This document shows, in pieces, positions 9,427 through 19,861 of a stretch of 64,000 nucleotides of DNA (its first letter is position 1; the number at the start of each line of letters is the position of its first letter). The notes under the pieces are model-generated. The model did not search any database and was not told where the DNA came from. It was given only the letters and a program-made list of their open reading frames with translations. This DNA is from Planctomycetota bacterium. GTDB taxonomy: Bacteria; Planctomycetota; SZUA-567; H5-PLA8. The stretch spans positions 32,001 through 96,000 of the forward strand of contig JBBRPR010000023.1 of the NCBI GenBank assembly GCA_038227875.1. Direction: 5' to 3'. The position numbers were made by a program, and so were the translations under genes.

Positions 9427-9780
9427 TTACGCGAGCTTGGCCTTCGCCTGATCGGCGAGGGCTTTGAACGCGGCTTCGTCGCGGACGGCCAGATCGGCGA
9501 GGATCTTGCGGTCGAGCGTGATGCCGGCTTTCTTCAGGCCGTTGATGAACGTGGAATAGTTCATGCCGTTGGCTGCAGCGGCGGCGCCGATGCGGACGAT
9601 CCACAGGGAGCGGAACGTGCGCTTCTTGTTGCGGCGATCGCGCGTGGCGTAGGCTTCTGCGCGCTCCACGGTTTCCACCGCGGTGCGGAACATCTTGCTT
9701 CGTCCCATGACGAAGCCCTTCGCCCGCTTGAACACCTTCTTGACGTATTTCTTGCGGGGTACGTTCGTTTTCGTGCGCAT
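9427..9780 (-). CDS. rplT: 50S ribosomal protein L20
   Basis: RDRR.KKR.FR.LWI.RI.A and Y..FI.GLKKAGI.LDRK.LADLA. AGGAGG RBS. Confidence 0.98.
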   Translation of the reverse strand: MRTKTNVPRKKYVKKVFKRAKGFVMGRSKMFRTAVETVERAEAYATRDRRNKKRTFRSLWIVRIGAAAAANGMNYSTFINGLKKAGITLDRKILADLAVRDEAAFKALADQAKAKLA

Positions 9781-9892
9781 CTTTTCCTCCTTACTAGTAC
9801 TCTAGTATCGCGAAGCCGACGGGAGTGCGCGTCCCGGCAGGCATTCGTCTTGCCGCAGCGCCACCGAAGTGGAGACCGCGGAAGAATGTGAT

Positions 9893-10090
9893 TTAACGCA
9901 GGCCCAACAGCCGCGCCATACGTCTCGCTTCAGCACCCTTCATGATGACGGAGCGTTTGCCCCGTCGGCGGCGCGCGCCGCCCTTGCCGGTCATCAAATG
10001 CCGGTGAAAGGCCTGCATGCGTTTGATCTTGCCCTTTTTGGTCACCTTGACCCGTTTGGACAGACCTTTGTGAGTCTTGAGCTTAGGCAT
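9893..10090 (-). CDS. rpmI: 50S ribosomal protein L35
   Basis: MPKLKTHKG..KR..VT..GKIKR. Upstream of rplT. Confidence 0.97.
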   Translation of the reverse strand: MPKLKTHKGLSKRVKVTKKGKIKRMQAFHRHLMTGKGGARRRRGKRSVIMKGAEARRMARLLGLR

Positions 10091-10136
10091 GCCTCTATTC
10101 CACTCCCCACTACGGCGGTGAACTGTTCACCGCACG

Positions 10137-10169
10137 AAAAAAAAGAGGCGGCTCGTCAGAGCCGCACTC
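10137..10169 (-). terminator. Intrinsic terminator-like hairpin in the rpmI leader
   Basis: Minus strand reads GAG(T)GCGGCTC-TGAC-GAGCCGCCTC followed by a T8 tract, ending about 46 nt before the rpmI ATG. Confidence 0.7.
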
Positions 10170-10256
10170 CTGCAAACACCGAAGCGACCTTTTTACCCGG
10201 CCGGTTTTGAATTGCAATGGTGTTTTTTGAGGCTGTGTTTGTTACTGGTGGCGAGG

Positions 10257-10321
10257 GCGGGAATCGAGATTCGGGATTCGGGATTCGCCACGCCGCTGCA
10301 TCGGCGAATCCCGATTCCCGC
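10257..10321. repeat. Heptamer tandem-repeat hairpin (CGGGATT/CGGGAAT family)
   Basis: CGGGAAT-CGAGATT-CGGGATT-CGGGATT-CGCC, then the inverted arm GGCGAATCCCGATTCCCGC. Same family as 63902-63977. Confidence 0.85.
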
Positions 10322-10331
10322 ATTTCTTATA

Positions 10332-13300
10332 CTACGGCTTGAAGCCTTCGCTCTTGTCCACGTCCGCCTGGTCCAGATCGTCGGCGTCGATGGGTATGGT
10401 GAGCTTGGGAATGGGGAGTTTGATCTCGCCGAGGTCTTCGCTCTGGCCGTCCTTAATGCTGCGGGTGGCCAGCACCTTCTGTCCGATCACCTGGCCGCGG
10501 TCGTCCTGAATCAGCGCCAGCACTTTGTATTCGCCGGCGGGTAGTTTTCTGGCGGTGAAGATCTGGCGATCAATCTGGAAGTCAGCCGGTGGCTTTCCGA
10601 CAATGGCAATGGGCGTCGCCGGCGGCGTGGTGAAGGCCATCGAGCAGATCGCCTGGCTGCCCACGAGAATCACGTCGACGGAACCGGCGAGATTTTCGTG
10701 CGGAACGTTGGCCGGATAGTCCGGCGTCAACGCCAGCGTGATCGTGCCAGTGCCCGTGGCCACTTTCGCGTCCTTCGCCGGCAACCCAGTGACGTCGGCG
10801 GTGGCTTTGACCGGCTGCAGCGTCACCGGCTCAGTGGCGAAGGCCAGCAGGGTGGAGCGCTGTAGTTCGTCGCCGGGCGTGGTTTCGTCGAGCACAAACG
10901 GGAGATACTCGCCGGGCGCGCCGGTGAATTCCGCGCGGCCGCTGCCGTCCACATTCTGCAGCGATTCCAGCGAGTACCAGTACCAGAACTCTTCGAAATG
11001 CTTGAACGCTTCGGCCGGCAGCAGCTTGATGCTGTGACCGCAATTGGCTGTGCCGAGATTGATCGCCGCTGCGCCGTGCGGAAGCAACTTCAGCGCGAGT
11101 GCCGGCGGTGGCGGCTGCCCGGCAACCAGCGAGATGCGCGGAGGTTCGCCGTCGAGCAGGCTGCCAGCGGCGATGGCACTGGCGAGATAGTCGCCGGGCG
11201 TCAGGCCCGTAAAGGTGAATTCGCCTTTGGAATTAACCGTCGTCCAGGCGTCGGCATTGCTGGTCATATCGGTCAGGATCACTGCTGCTGAAGCGGTCGA
11301 AACAGTCGTGGGAAGTTCGATGTGTCCGGAGACTTTCAGGCCCGGATGGAGCGTCACGGTGACGGCGGTGTCCTCCTTGCCGGCGATCACGGTGACTGGC
11401 AGCGAGGCTGGCGTGAGATAGCCGGGCTTCTCGACTTTGAATTCGCGGTCTCCGGCCGCCAGGCCCGTGAAGGCGAGCGCGCCTTTGGTGTCGCTGGTCT
11501 TCTGATGGAGCTTGACGCCCGGATTGGGATTGGACGGCCAGATGCGGACGCCGGCGACGGGCTTGCCCGCTTCGTCAACCGTGCTGACTTTCAGGCCGCC
11601 GTATTCCTGCGCCTTGAGATGGATCTCGAGCTTCAACAGGTCCAGGCCGGGCGTGGCCAGATCCAGCGTGGCCGGCTGAAATCCGGCGGCGATGACTTTG
11701 ATCTTGCTGGGCGTACCCGGCGTATTTCCCAGCGCCAGATCGAACGAGAATTCGCCGTCTTCATTGGTGCTCTCGTTGGCCTGTCCGGCCGGACCGGCGG
11801 TGTCGAGACTCAGGGCCGCGTCGGTGCACGGCTTGCCGTTGGGCAGCAGCACTTTGCCCTTAAGCTGAGCGATTCCGACTTTGGGCGCTTCCAGCTTGAT
11901 CGAGGGAACTTCCAGAACCTTGCCTTCTTCGACGACCAGGTTGAACACAAACGTGCGCGATGTCGCACCGATCACCGCCAGCGTGTAGGTTCCGGGCGGA
12001 ATGTGATCGAGCGCAAAATCGCCTTCCAAACCCACGCGGGCGGAGAGCGAGTAGGGTTCCAGCGCCGTGAACTCCATCAACGATTGCAGTCCGGCCAGCG
12101 CCGCGAAGCGTTCGGGAAGGACGCCCACGCTGACGCCCGTGGCCGGATCGCCTTTGTCGGTGGTGATTTTCCCCTTCATTCCGCCGCCTGAGACTGGCTT
12201 GAGGGTCAGTTCCAGCGGCGCGCCGGCCTTGATTTCCAGCGCGTCGACGAAGTAGAGCCGGCAGGTGGTCTCGGTCTCCTGCATGATCCAGGGTGCGTAC
12301 TGCAGGCTGTGTTCGGGCATGGTGTCGAAGTCGCGGACGAGCAGCCGGTACTTTCCCGGCTCCAGATTTTCCAGCGTGAGCGCACCGGTTTCGTCGGTGT
12401 GCTGCGGCGGTTCCCAGCGGCCGGTCATCCATGTGTCGTAGAGCGTCATCAGGGTGCGCAGTTCCGTGCCTGGCGTGACGGTCACCGGCGACAGGGACAC
12501 ATAGGTGTTGGATTTGGAGACTGCTTCGCCGCCGGCTTTCTTCAGGCTGAGCTTGATGCCGCCCAGGGTTTTCGGGACGAGCTTCATCGGCGGAATTTCC
12601 GTCAGCTTATCTTCGTTCACGCGCACGAACGCGCCTTCGATCGTCTGTGAGTTCACCGTCCAGAGGGCTCGGTACGTGCCGTCGGGCACGTTTTCGAGGC
12701 GGACCTTTCCGTCGGCGCCGGAGGTCTGTGCGAGGGCACCGAGCGCGAGCTTTGCGTCCTTGAGCGGCTTGCCGTCGGCGTCGAGCGCCGTGGCTTGCAC
12801 GGTTCCGCCGGCAGACAGCGTGACGATGATGCGGTTGGAGCCGGGAACGAGCCGCACGCGCTCATTCGATTCGCCACGCGGTGACGTAAACTTGGCCCAT
12901 TGGATATTGAGATCGTAGACCCCGGGATCGACTTTGCCGACACTGGCCGTGCCATCTTCGCGGGTGGCAATCTTCTGCGCCTTGGGATCGTCATCGACGA
13001 CGTCTTCGGGCGAGAGCGCGGTCAGGTCGCCCTGCGCGCCGGAGATCGGCTTGCCGTCGCGGTCGACGACCAGCAGGGTAAGGCTGGTCTGGCCGAGTTG
13101 TCCGAGAAGTTCGGTGGCGGCGATGCGGACTTCAGCGTCGTTGCTGGCCGCGGCTTTTTCGAGCGCTTCGCGGGCCGTTTCGCCCATCGCCGCGATTTTC
13201 TGCATGGCGGTGTTGCGTTCGTCGAAGTCCTCACTGTTTAAATGCGCGACGAGCTGGTCGAGGTCCGGCTGTGAATTCGGAGGCAAGTCGGCGGCGTGGC

Positions 13301-13361
13301 ATTGCAGGATCATCAAGGCCAGCGGGACCAGGCTGGCGCTGCGCTTTATGAACGAACTCAT
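10332..13361 (-). CDS. Secreted protein with HEAT-like N-terminus and multiple carboxypeptidase-regulatory-like (prealbumin/Cna-B type) beta repeats
   Basis: Signal-like MSSFIKRSASLVPLALMIL..A; HEAT-like L..L.S.DF..R..A...L. Repeated D.DGKP..GA...TD..G...L..L.PG.Y units. ORF track is open to 13424. Confidence 0.75.
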   Translation of the reverse strand: MSSFIKRSASLVPLALMILQCHAADLPPNSQPDLDQLVAHLNSEDFDERNTAMQKIAAMGETAREALEKAAASNDAEVRIAATELLGQLGQTSLTLLVVDRDGKPISGAQGDLTALSPEDVVDDDPKAQKIATREDGTASVGKVDPGVYDLNIQWAKFTSPRGESNERVRLVPGSNRIIVTLSAGGTVQATALDADGKPLKDAKLALGALAQTSGADGKVRLENVPDGTYRALWTVNSQTIEGAFVRVNEDKLTEIPPMKLVPKTLGGIKLSLKKAGGEAVSKSNTYVSLSPVTVTPGTELRTLMTLYDTWMTGRWEPPQHTDETGALTLENLEPGKYRLLVRDFDTMPEHSLQYAPWIMQETETTCRLYFVDALEIKAGAPLELTLKPVSGGGMKGKITTDKGDPATGVSVGVLPERFAALAGLQSLMEFTALEPYSLSARVGLEGDFALDHIPPGTYTLAVIGATSRTFVFNLVVEEGKVLEVPSIKLEAPKVGIAQLKGKVLLPNGKPCTDAALSLDTAGPAGQANESTNEDGEFSFDLALGNTPGTPSKIKVIAAGFQPATLDLATPGLDLLKLEIHLKAQEYGGLKVSTVDEAGKPVAGVRIWPSNPNPGVKLHQKTSDTKGALAFTGLAAGDREFKVEKPGYLTPASLPVTVIAGKEDTAVTVTLHPGLKVSGHIELPTTVSTASAAVILTDMTSNADAWTTVNSKGEFTFTGLTPGDYLASAIAAGSLLDGEPPRISLVAGQPPPPALALKLLPHGAAAINLGTANCGHSIKLLPAEAFKHFEEFWYWYSLESLQNVDGSGRAEFTGAPGEYLPFVLDETTPGDELQRSTLLAFATEPVTLQPVKATADVTGLPAKDAKVATGTGTITLALTPDYPANVPHENLAGSVDVILVGSQAICSMAFTTPPATPIAIVGKPPADFQIDRQIFTARKLPAGEYKVLALIQDDRGQVIGQKVLATRSIKDGQSEDLGEIKLPIPKLTIPIDADDLDQADVDKSEGFKP

Positions 13362-13466
13362 GCGGGATTTTGCTCCTGGCTGAATCGGTATCGTTGTATC
13401 GGCATCAGGACGCGCGCAAAACATGGTAATAGCGGCCTCGCTGGAAGCCAGCGCGCAGCGCGCTGC

Positions 13467-15377
13467 TTAAGCGAAGAGGACGTGGCGCGTGAGGAACTTT
13501 TCGACGGCGGCATAGTAGGCCTCGATCGTTTCCTTTTTCCGCCAGCCGTGGCCTTCTCCCTGGTAGACGTGGTACTCGTGGGGGACGCCGCGTTGTTTCA
13601 GTGACGCGATGATGGCGTCGGATTGGGAGAGCGGGACGACTTCGTCGTCGGCGCCGTGGAAGATGGCCAGCGGGTCTTTGATGCCGGCAATGTGGGTGCG
13701 CGGCGAACGTTCGCGGTAGAGATCGGCGGCTTCCGGCAGCGGGCCGACGATGGAATCGAGGTAGCGCTCCTCCATCTTATGCGTGTCGGAGGCCAGGCCG
13801 AAGAGATCGGTCACGCCGTAGAGACAGACGCCGGCTTTGAAAACGCCGGGATGGAGCGCCAGCGCCAGGAGTACGGTGAAACCGCCGGCGCTGCCGCCGA
13901 GGATCACGAGCTTCTTCGGGTCGGCGTAGCCATTCTGGACGAGAAAGTGCGCCGCGCTGAGCGCGTCTTCGACGTCGCAGACGCCCCAGTTGCCGCGCAG
14001 CGCGTTCATGTAACTGCGGCCATAGCCGGTGCTGCCGCGGTAGTTGACATCGAGAACGGTATAGCCGCGCGTGGCGAAGTACTGCGTCTCGGAGGTGTAG
14101 CCGGCCTTGGCCTGCGAGGTCGGGCCACCGTGGATCCGCACGATCGCCGGCGGCAGCGGCGCTTTCTTGCCGGAACGGGCTTTGGATTCGGGTCGATCTG
14201 CATGATAAAGCAGGCCGTGAATGGTCTGCTGCTTGGCCGTCCACTGCACGGGCTGCGCGGCGACCAAGAGGTTCGCGTCGATGTTCTCGCTGGTGGCGCG
14301 TTTGATGATTTGAATGGTGTGGGTGCCGCGTGCGACGTCGAGCACCATCAGTCGTGAGGTCTGCGTGCCCGACGAGCCCACCAGCGCGATCGCGGCGCGC
14401 GCGGGATTTACGGCGGGCTGCTGGAGATCGGCGAAGCCTTCGAGTCCGCGGATGAGCTCCGACTTGCCGGAGTTCACGTCGTAGCGGACCAGCGTCGAGA
14501 CGCCGCGTTCATTGCGGACGCAGAAGATCGATTTGGAATCGTGCGACCAGCCGTACGTGCGCAGTCCCTGCACCCATGCCGGCGCGCCGAGTTGCGCTTT
14601 GGATTCGTGGGTGAGCCGACGTGTTTTGCCGAATTTCAAATCGTAGAGGTAGAAGTTGTGCCATCCGCTCTCGTCGCTCAGATACGAGAGATACTTGCCA
14701 TCGGGCGAGAATTCCGGCTGGAAGATGGCCACGTCCTCGTTGCCGGCGAGCGCGCGTTCTTCCTTGAAGAACGGCAGCCCGGTCGACTGTTCATGAACAT
14801 CGGCCAGATACAGCCGCGAGCCGTCCCAGGGCATCTGCGGATGGTCCCACGCGATCCACGCGGCATGGCGGCCGTTGCGGGCGAACGTCGGCTGCATGAA
14901 AAAGTCGTGGCCTTCTGCGACCTTCTGTGGCCAGAAGCGGCCGGCGATATCGGTGACGGCCAGGCCATCTTTACGTTCCGCGGAGAAGACGTAAAGCACC
15001 CACTTGCCGTTGGGCGAGAGCGTCGGGGCCGCGGCATCGCCGAAGGCCGGCGTGATCGCGCGCGGGCGCCCGCCGGTGAGGCTCTGTGCGTGGATACGCC
15101 CGCCGGAGACAAAGAGCGCGTAGCCGCCGCCGGCGCAGAAATCGCCACCGCCGTATCCCAGCCGCGCGCGCACGGACAGTTCGTCGGTCAGGTCGCGCGG
15201 AGCGTCGCCGTTGAGCTGCGAGGCGACGAGCACCGTGCGGTCGCCGCGCCCTTCAGTCCAGACCAGCGTCTTGCCGTCACTGTCCCACGCCGACGAGCCC
15301 AAACTGATGCCCTGAGAGACCCGCTTGGGAGAAATGGGGCTGGGCCAGAGTCCAGGGGCGGGGGCAGGCGTGGTCAT
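13467..15377 (-). CDS. S9 family (prolyl oligopeptidase/acylaminoacyl) peptidase
   Basis: HGGPT, NYRGSTGYGR, catalytic GGSAGG, D.VVP and EGHG. N-terminal beta-propeller with MPWD. Confidence 0.93.
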   Translation of the reverse strand: MTTPAPAPGLWPSPISPKRVSQGISLGSSAWDSDGKTLVWTEGRGDRTVLVASQLNGDAPRDLTDELSVRARLGYGGGDFCAGGGYALFVSGGRIHAQSLTGGRPRAITPAFGDAAAPTLSPNGKWVLYVFSAERKDGLAVTDIAGRFWPQKVAEGHDFFMQPTFARNGRHAAWIAWDHPQMPWDGSRLYLADVHEQSTGLPFFKEERALAGNEDVAIFQPEFSPDGKYLSYLSDESGWHNFYLYDLKFGKTRRLTHESKAQLGAPAWVQGLRTYGWSHDSKSIFCVRNERGVSTLVRYDVNSGKSELIRGLEGFADLQQPAVNPARAAIALVGSSGTQTSRLMVLDVARGTHTIQIIKRATSENIDANLLVAAQPVQWTAKQQTIHGLLYHADRPESKARSGKKAPLPPAIVRIHGGPTSQAKAGYTSETQYFATRGYTVLDVNYRGSTGYGRSYMNALRGNWGVCDVEDALSAAHFLVQNGYADPKKLVILGGSAGGFTVLLALALHPGVFKAGVCLYGVTDLFGLASDTHKMEERYLDSIVGPLPEAADLYRERSPRTHIAGIKDPLAIFHGADDEVVPLSQSDAIIASLKQRGVPHEYHVYQGEGHGWRKKETIEAYYAAVEKFLTRHVLFA

Positions 15378-15401
15378 GGGCGGTTCCTTTATTGCAAATT
15401 T

Positions 15402-15422
15402 CGGATTGCGGATTGCGGATTG
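15402..15422. repeat. Heptamer tandem repeat (CGGATTG)3
   Basis: Three exact copies in the intergenic DNA upstream of the S9 peptidase. Confidence 0.75.
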
Positions 15423-15549
15423 GCTGGGCGGGGTCGCCTGCTCAATCGTGCTCTCCGCGATACCGGTTTACCGGGTGCGATGGTACCGAATCTTGAATGA
15501 AATGGTTTGGAAGAATTTTAGCAATCGTTCGTCAAATAGGATAGAATAG

Positions 15550-15936
15550 ATGGTGAGCCGGGACTTCGATTGGCGGGTGATGCTTATGGACTCCAAGAAG
15601 AATTTGATGATCGCTCTGGCCGTCGCGGTACTGGCGGACGCCTTGCAGATCCTGCTTCTGCCGCTGACCATCGGTGGCGGATTCATGCCAGTGGACGACG
15701 TCATTGATTTCGTCATTGCCGGCGTGATGACCTACTTGCTCGGCTGGCATTGGGTCTTCCTGCCCACGGCGGCGGCGAAGCTGGTGCCGTTCGTCGATAT
15801 GGCTCCGTTCTGGACGCTGGCGGTGTTCTTCGTCGCGCTGCGGCAGAAGAAAGACCTGACGACCTCCGAGCCACTGAAAACGGATCAGCTGAAGCCAGTG
15901 GAAATTACCATCCCTTCCTCGCAGTTCTCCAAGTAA
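15550..15936 (+). CDS. Hypothetical membrane protein
   Basis: Several hydrophobic segments and a GC-rich codon pattern. Start may be the ATG at 15586. Confidence 0.7.
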   Translation: MVSRDFDWRVMLMDSKKNLMIALAVAVLADALQILLLPLTIGGGFMPVDDVIDFVIAGVMTYLLGWHWVFLPTAAAKLVPFVDMAPFWTLAVFFVALRQKKDLTTSEPLKTDQLKPVEITIPSSQFSK

Positions 15937-16185
15937 GTTCAGAACTATTCTTTGAACCTTGTCGACCGCTGTCGACAAGGTTCCACGTACAACAGGAATG
16001 CATATTTTTCGCTTAGTAGCCATGGCTACTAAGCGTCATTGCCCATTTCGCATTTACTTAATGCCTGCACACGATGCAAAACTGCATCTATATGCACACG
16101 TTCAATTTCGTCGAACAAAATGGAATACCTCGTGCCTCTCACGCATCAAATAGGTGGAGGGAATGAAGTACAGGAGGTAAAGATC

Positions 16186-16929
16186 ATGAGAAAGCTAATC
16201 TTAGCCAGTCTGCTGTTTACGCTCTCGCTCGCCGGATCCGCATTCGCCAACGTGGTCGATGATGTCGTGACCTTGCAGCGTCAGGGTGTGTCCAAAGAAG
16301 TCATGGTGGCCTGGATTGAACGCCAGCCGCGCGGTTACCGCATCACGCCAGATGACTTGGTGCGCTTGAGGAGTGAAAGTGTCCCGGATTCGATCGTGGT
16401 CGCATTGCTGCGTAACGGCGATTACACGGTTCGGCATTCCGGTTCGGATGTGGCGGTGAATACGGCTCCGACGACGTCGTACATCACTGATCCTGCAGTG
16501 ACGACGGTGGTCACCCCGTCGTATTCCACCGTCTACACGGATACGGTCTACAGTCCGTACTATGGTTACTATGGCTCGCCATACTATAGCAGCTACTACG
16601 GCTATCCTTACTACGGGTATGGATACGGCAGTGGGCTGTACCTGAACTTCGGGTTCGGCGGCCATTACGGTCACCATTACTACGGCAACCATAACTACGG
16701 TGGCCACTACAATTCGGGTTCGCACTATTACGGCAACTCGAACGGTTACCGGGGCAGCGCTGGCACCGGCTACACTTACGGTCGGTCCACGAGCTCGCCG
16801 CGGTACTACTCGGGTTCCAGTGCACTTCGCAGCGACGGAAGCCGGTCGTACTCCGGATACTCCAGCGGCCGGTCGTCGTTCTCGGGAAGCCGTTCGTTCT
16901 CGAGCGGCGGTGGCGGGCGCCATCGCTAA
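16186..16929 (+). CDS. Secreted protein with Tyr/Gly/Ser-rich low-complexity tail
   Basis: AGGAGG RBS before ATG 16186; signal peptide MRKLILASLLFTLSLAGSAFA. Short helical domain, then a Y/G/S/N/R-rich tail. Confidence 0.85.
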   Translation: MRKLILASLLFTLSLAGSAFANVVDDVVTLQRQGVSKEVMVAWIERQPRGYRITPDDLVRLRSESVPDSIVVALLRNGDYTVRHSGSDVAVNTAPTTSYITDPAVTTVVTPSYSTVYTDTVYSPYYGYYGSPYYSSYYGYPYYGYGYGSGLYLNFGFGGHYGHHYYGNHNYGGHYNSGSHYYGNSNGYRGSAGTGYTYGRSTSSPRYYSGSSALRSDGSRSYSGYSSGRSSFSGSRSFSSGGGGRHR

Positions 16930-16962
16930 CAGCAGTTCTTAATTTTGAATAATGTTGAATTG

Positions 16963-16991
16963 AAACTCGCCGCGATCGCGGCGAGTTTTTT
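16963..16991. terminator. Palindromic terminator (copy 1 of the AAACTCGCCGCG..CGCGGCGAGTTT element)
   Basis: Perfect 26-bp palindrome followed by a T tract, between convergent genes. Confidence 0.75.
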
Positions 16992-17020
16992 GGGAGTTCA
17001 TTAAGAATTCAAAATTGCGT

Positions 17021-17599
17021 TTACTGCGCCGGGACCCAGTTGGTGTCCGGATTGAAGAGTGAGATGTGTGCGGTGGTCGAGCCCTGATCGGTCTGGAAAA
17101 TCACGCCGTTGTTGTTGATCGTGAAGCTGTTGCGGCCGCTGTTGTCCCACGCGGTCGGGATGGCGCTGAACGAGTAGCCGCGCGTCATGTACGAATTGAC
17201 GACGTAGTTTCGCGGTCCGCCCGTCGCGGCGGAGCCCTGCGACGTGACCACGGTAAACACGTAGCCGGCCCGCGAGATCGCCACGTTGGGCTGGCCTTCG
17301 GCCATTCCAAAGGCCTTGTCGATCAGCGCCAGTTCGCCGCTGATACCCAGCAGGCTGTTGGTGCCGGAGAGGTGCTGGCTGTACTGGAGCACGCCGCAAC
17401 GGGTGTAGTCGGTGCGGTTGTAGATTTCCTGCGCTTCCGCGTAGGCCTTGCAGGCTTGGAGCGCTGCAATTTCGTTGGCCGCCATGCGTGAGCGCAGCAG
17501 GCTGGGAATGGCAATGGACGCAATGATGGCGATGATAGCGACCACGATCATCAGTTCGATCAGCGTAAACCCACGGCAACGTTTTCCCGCTTTTTGCAT
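17021..17599 (-). CDS. Type IV pilin-like protein (N-terminal methylation motif) with DUF2950-like C-terminal domain
   Basis: Basic leader MQKAGKRCRG|FTLIELMIVVAIIAIIASIAIP. C-terminus GY.F...T.QG.AA.GG..NY.VN..M..G....A.P....SG...F.IN..G....D.G. Confidence 0.85.
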   Translation of the reverse strand: MQKAGKRCRGFTLIELMIVVAIIAIIASIAIPSLLRSRMAANEIAALQACKAYAEAQEIYNRTDYTRCGVLQYSQHLSGTNSLLGISGELALIDKAFGMAEGQPNVAISRAGYVFTVVTSQGSAATGGPRNYVVNSYMTRGYSFSAIPTAWDNSGRNSFTINNNGVIFQTDQGSTTAHISLFNPDTNWVPAQ

Positions 17600-17812
17600 A
17601 GGCGTGCGACTCCGCTTCAGTAGCTGCGTAATACGCAAAGAGAATGCCGAGTCAGCGGAGTTGCAAATGCTGTATTTTACATAGGTCGTGGAAATATATG
17701 CGGGAATGAAGGTGGTTAATTTTGTCAGGGAGTTGCCAATAGTTTGTAGTCACTCGTTCAGAGTCGGAAGCTATTGCAATGTTAGTGCCCAGCCGTGTCA
17801 GTTTTGAAAACA

Positions 17813-19348
<1,536 letters not shown>

Positions 19349-19367
19349 TCTGGATCCCTATTCACAT

Positions 19368-19406
19368 GTCACCCAAATATGGGTGACTCACCTAAATAGT
19401 AGTGTC
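19368..19406. promoter_or_regulatory. Putative upstream activator sequence (tandem palindromic sites)
   Basis: Perfect inverted repeat GTCACCCA-AATA-TGGGTGAC (19368-19387), then a degenerate copy TCACCTAAATAGTAGTGTC, upstream of the sigma-54 promoter. Confidence 0.6.
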
Positions 19407-19455
19407 TCAGCGACTAAATGCTATTGATTTCCAAGAGGTTAGACGAACCGATCGG

Positions 19456-19470
19456 CGGCACGGGGGTTGC
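19456..19470 (+). promoter_or_regulatory. Sigma-54 (-24/-12) promoter of the ferredoxin gene
   Basis: CGGCACGGGGGTTGC matches YGGCACGNNNNTTGC with exact GG-N10-GC spacing. Divergent bEBP gene is adjacent. Confidence 0.85.
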
Positions 19471-19504
19471 CATTCAAGGTCTCCAGGAAAAGGAGACCCA
19501 TGCC

Positions 19505-19786
19505 ATGCTTGATAACGTGTGTGTCGTGACCTCGCCGTGCATCGGCACGAAAGACGGCGCGTGTGCGAAGGTGTGTCCGGTGAATTGCTTCTACGACGCC
19601 GGCGAGATGCTGGTCGTGAATCCCGACGAATGCATCAGTTGCGGCGTGTGCGTGCCGGAGTGCCCCGTCAGTGCGCTCTTCATGACCGAGGACGTCCCGG
19701 AAACCGAAACGGAATTCATCGCGCGCAACCGGATGTTCTTTGAGGGGAAGACGCAGGGGGAGTTGGATGCGTTACGGGCAGTGTGA
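19505..19786 (+). CDS. 7Fe-type (FdxA-like) dicluster ferredoxin
   Basis: C-x7-C-x3-CP and C-x2-C-x2-C-x3-CP motifs (PCIGTKDGACAKVCPVNCF...ECISCGVCVPECP). AGGAGA RBS before ATG 19505. Confidence 0.92.
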   Translation: MLDNVCVVTSPCIGTKDGACAKVCPVNCFYDAGEMLVVNPDECISCGVCVPECPVSALFMTEDVPETETEFIARNRMFFEGKTQGELDALRAV

Positions 19787-19797
19787 GCCCGGGGGGT

Positions 19798-19832
19798 AAA
19801 AAAAACTCGCCGCGGATCGCGGCGAGTTTTTT
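19798..19832. terminator. Bidirectional terminator (copy 2 of the AAACTCGCCGCG element)
   Basis: A-tract, CTCGCCGCG-gat-CGCGGCGAG, T-tract, between convergent genes. Confidence 0.8.
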
Positions 19833-19861
19833 CGACATTCGTTATTCGCAACTCGGCATTC
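19831..19861. repeat. Degenerate heptamer repeat (TTCGACA family)
   Basis: TTCGACA TTCGTTA TTCGCAA CTCGGCA TTC abutting the DUF4159 stop codon. Confidence 0.6.
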
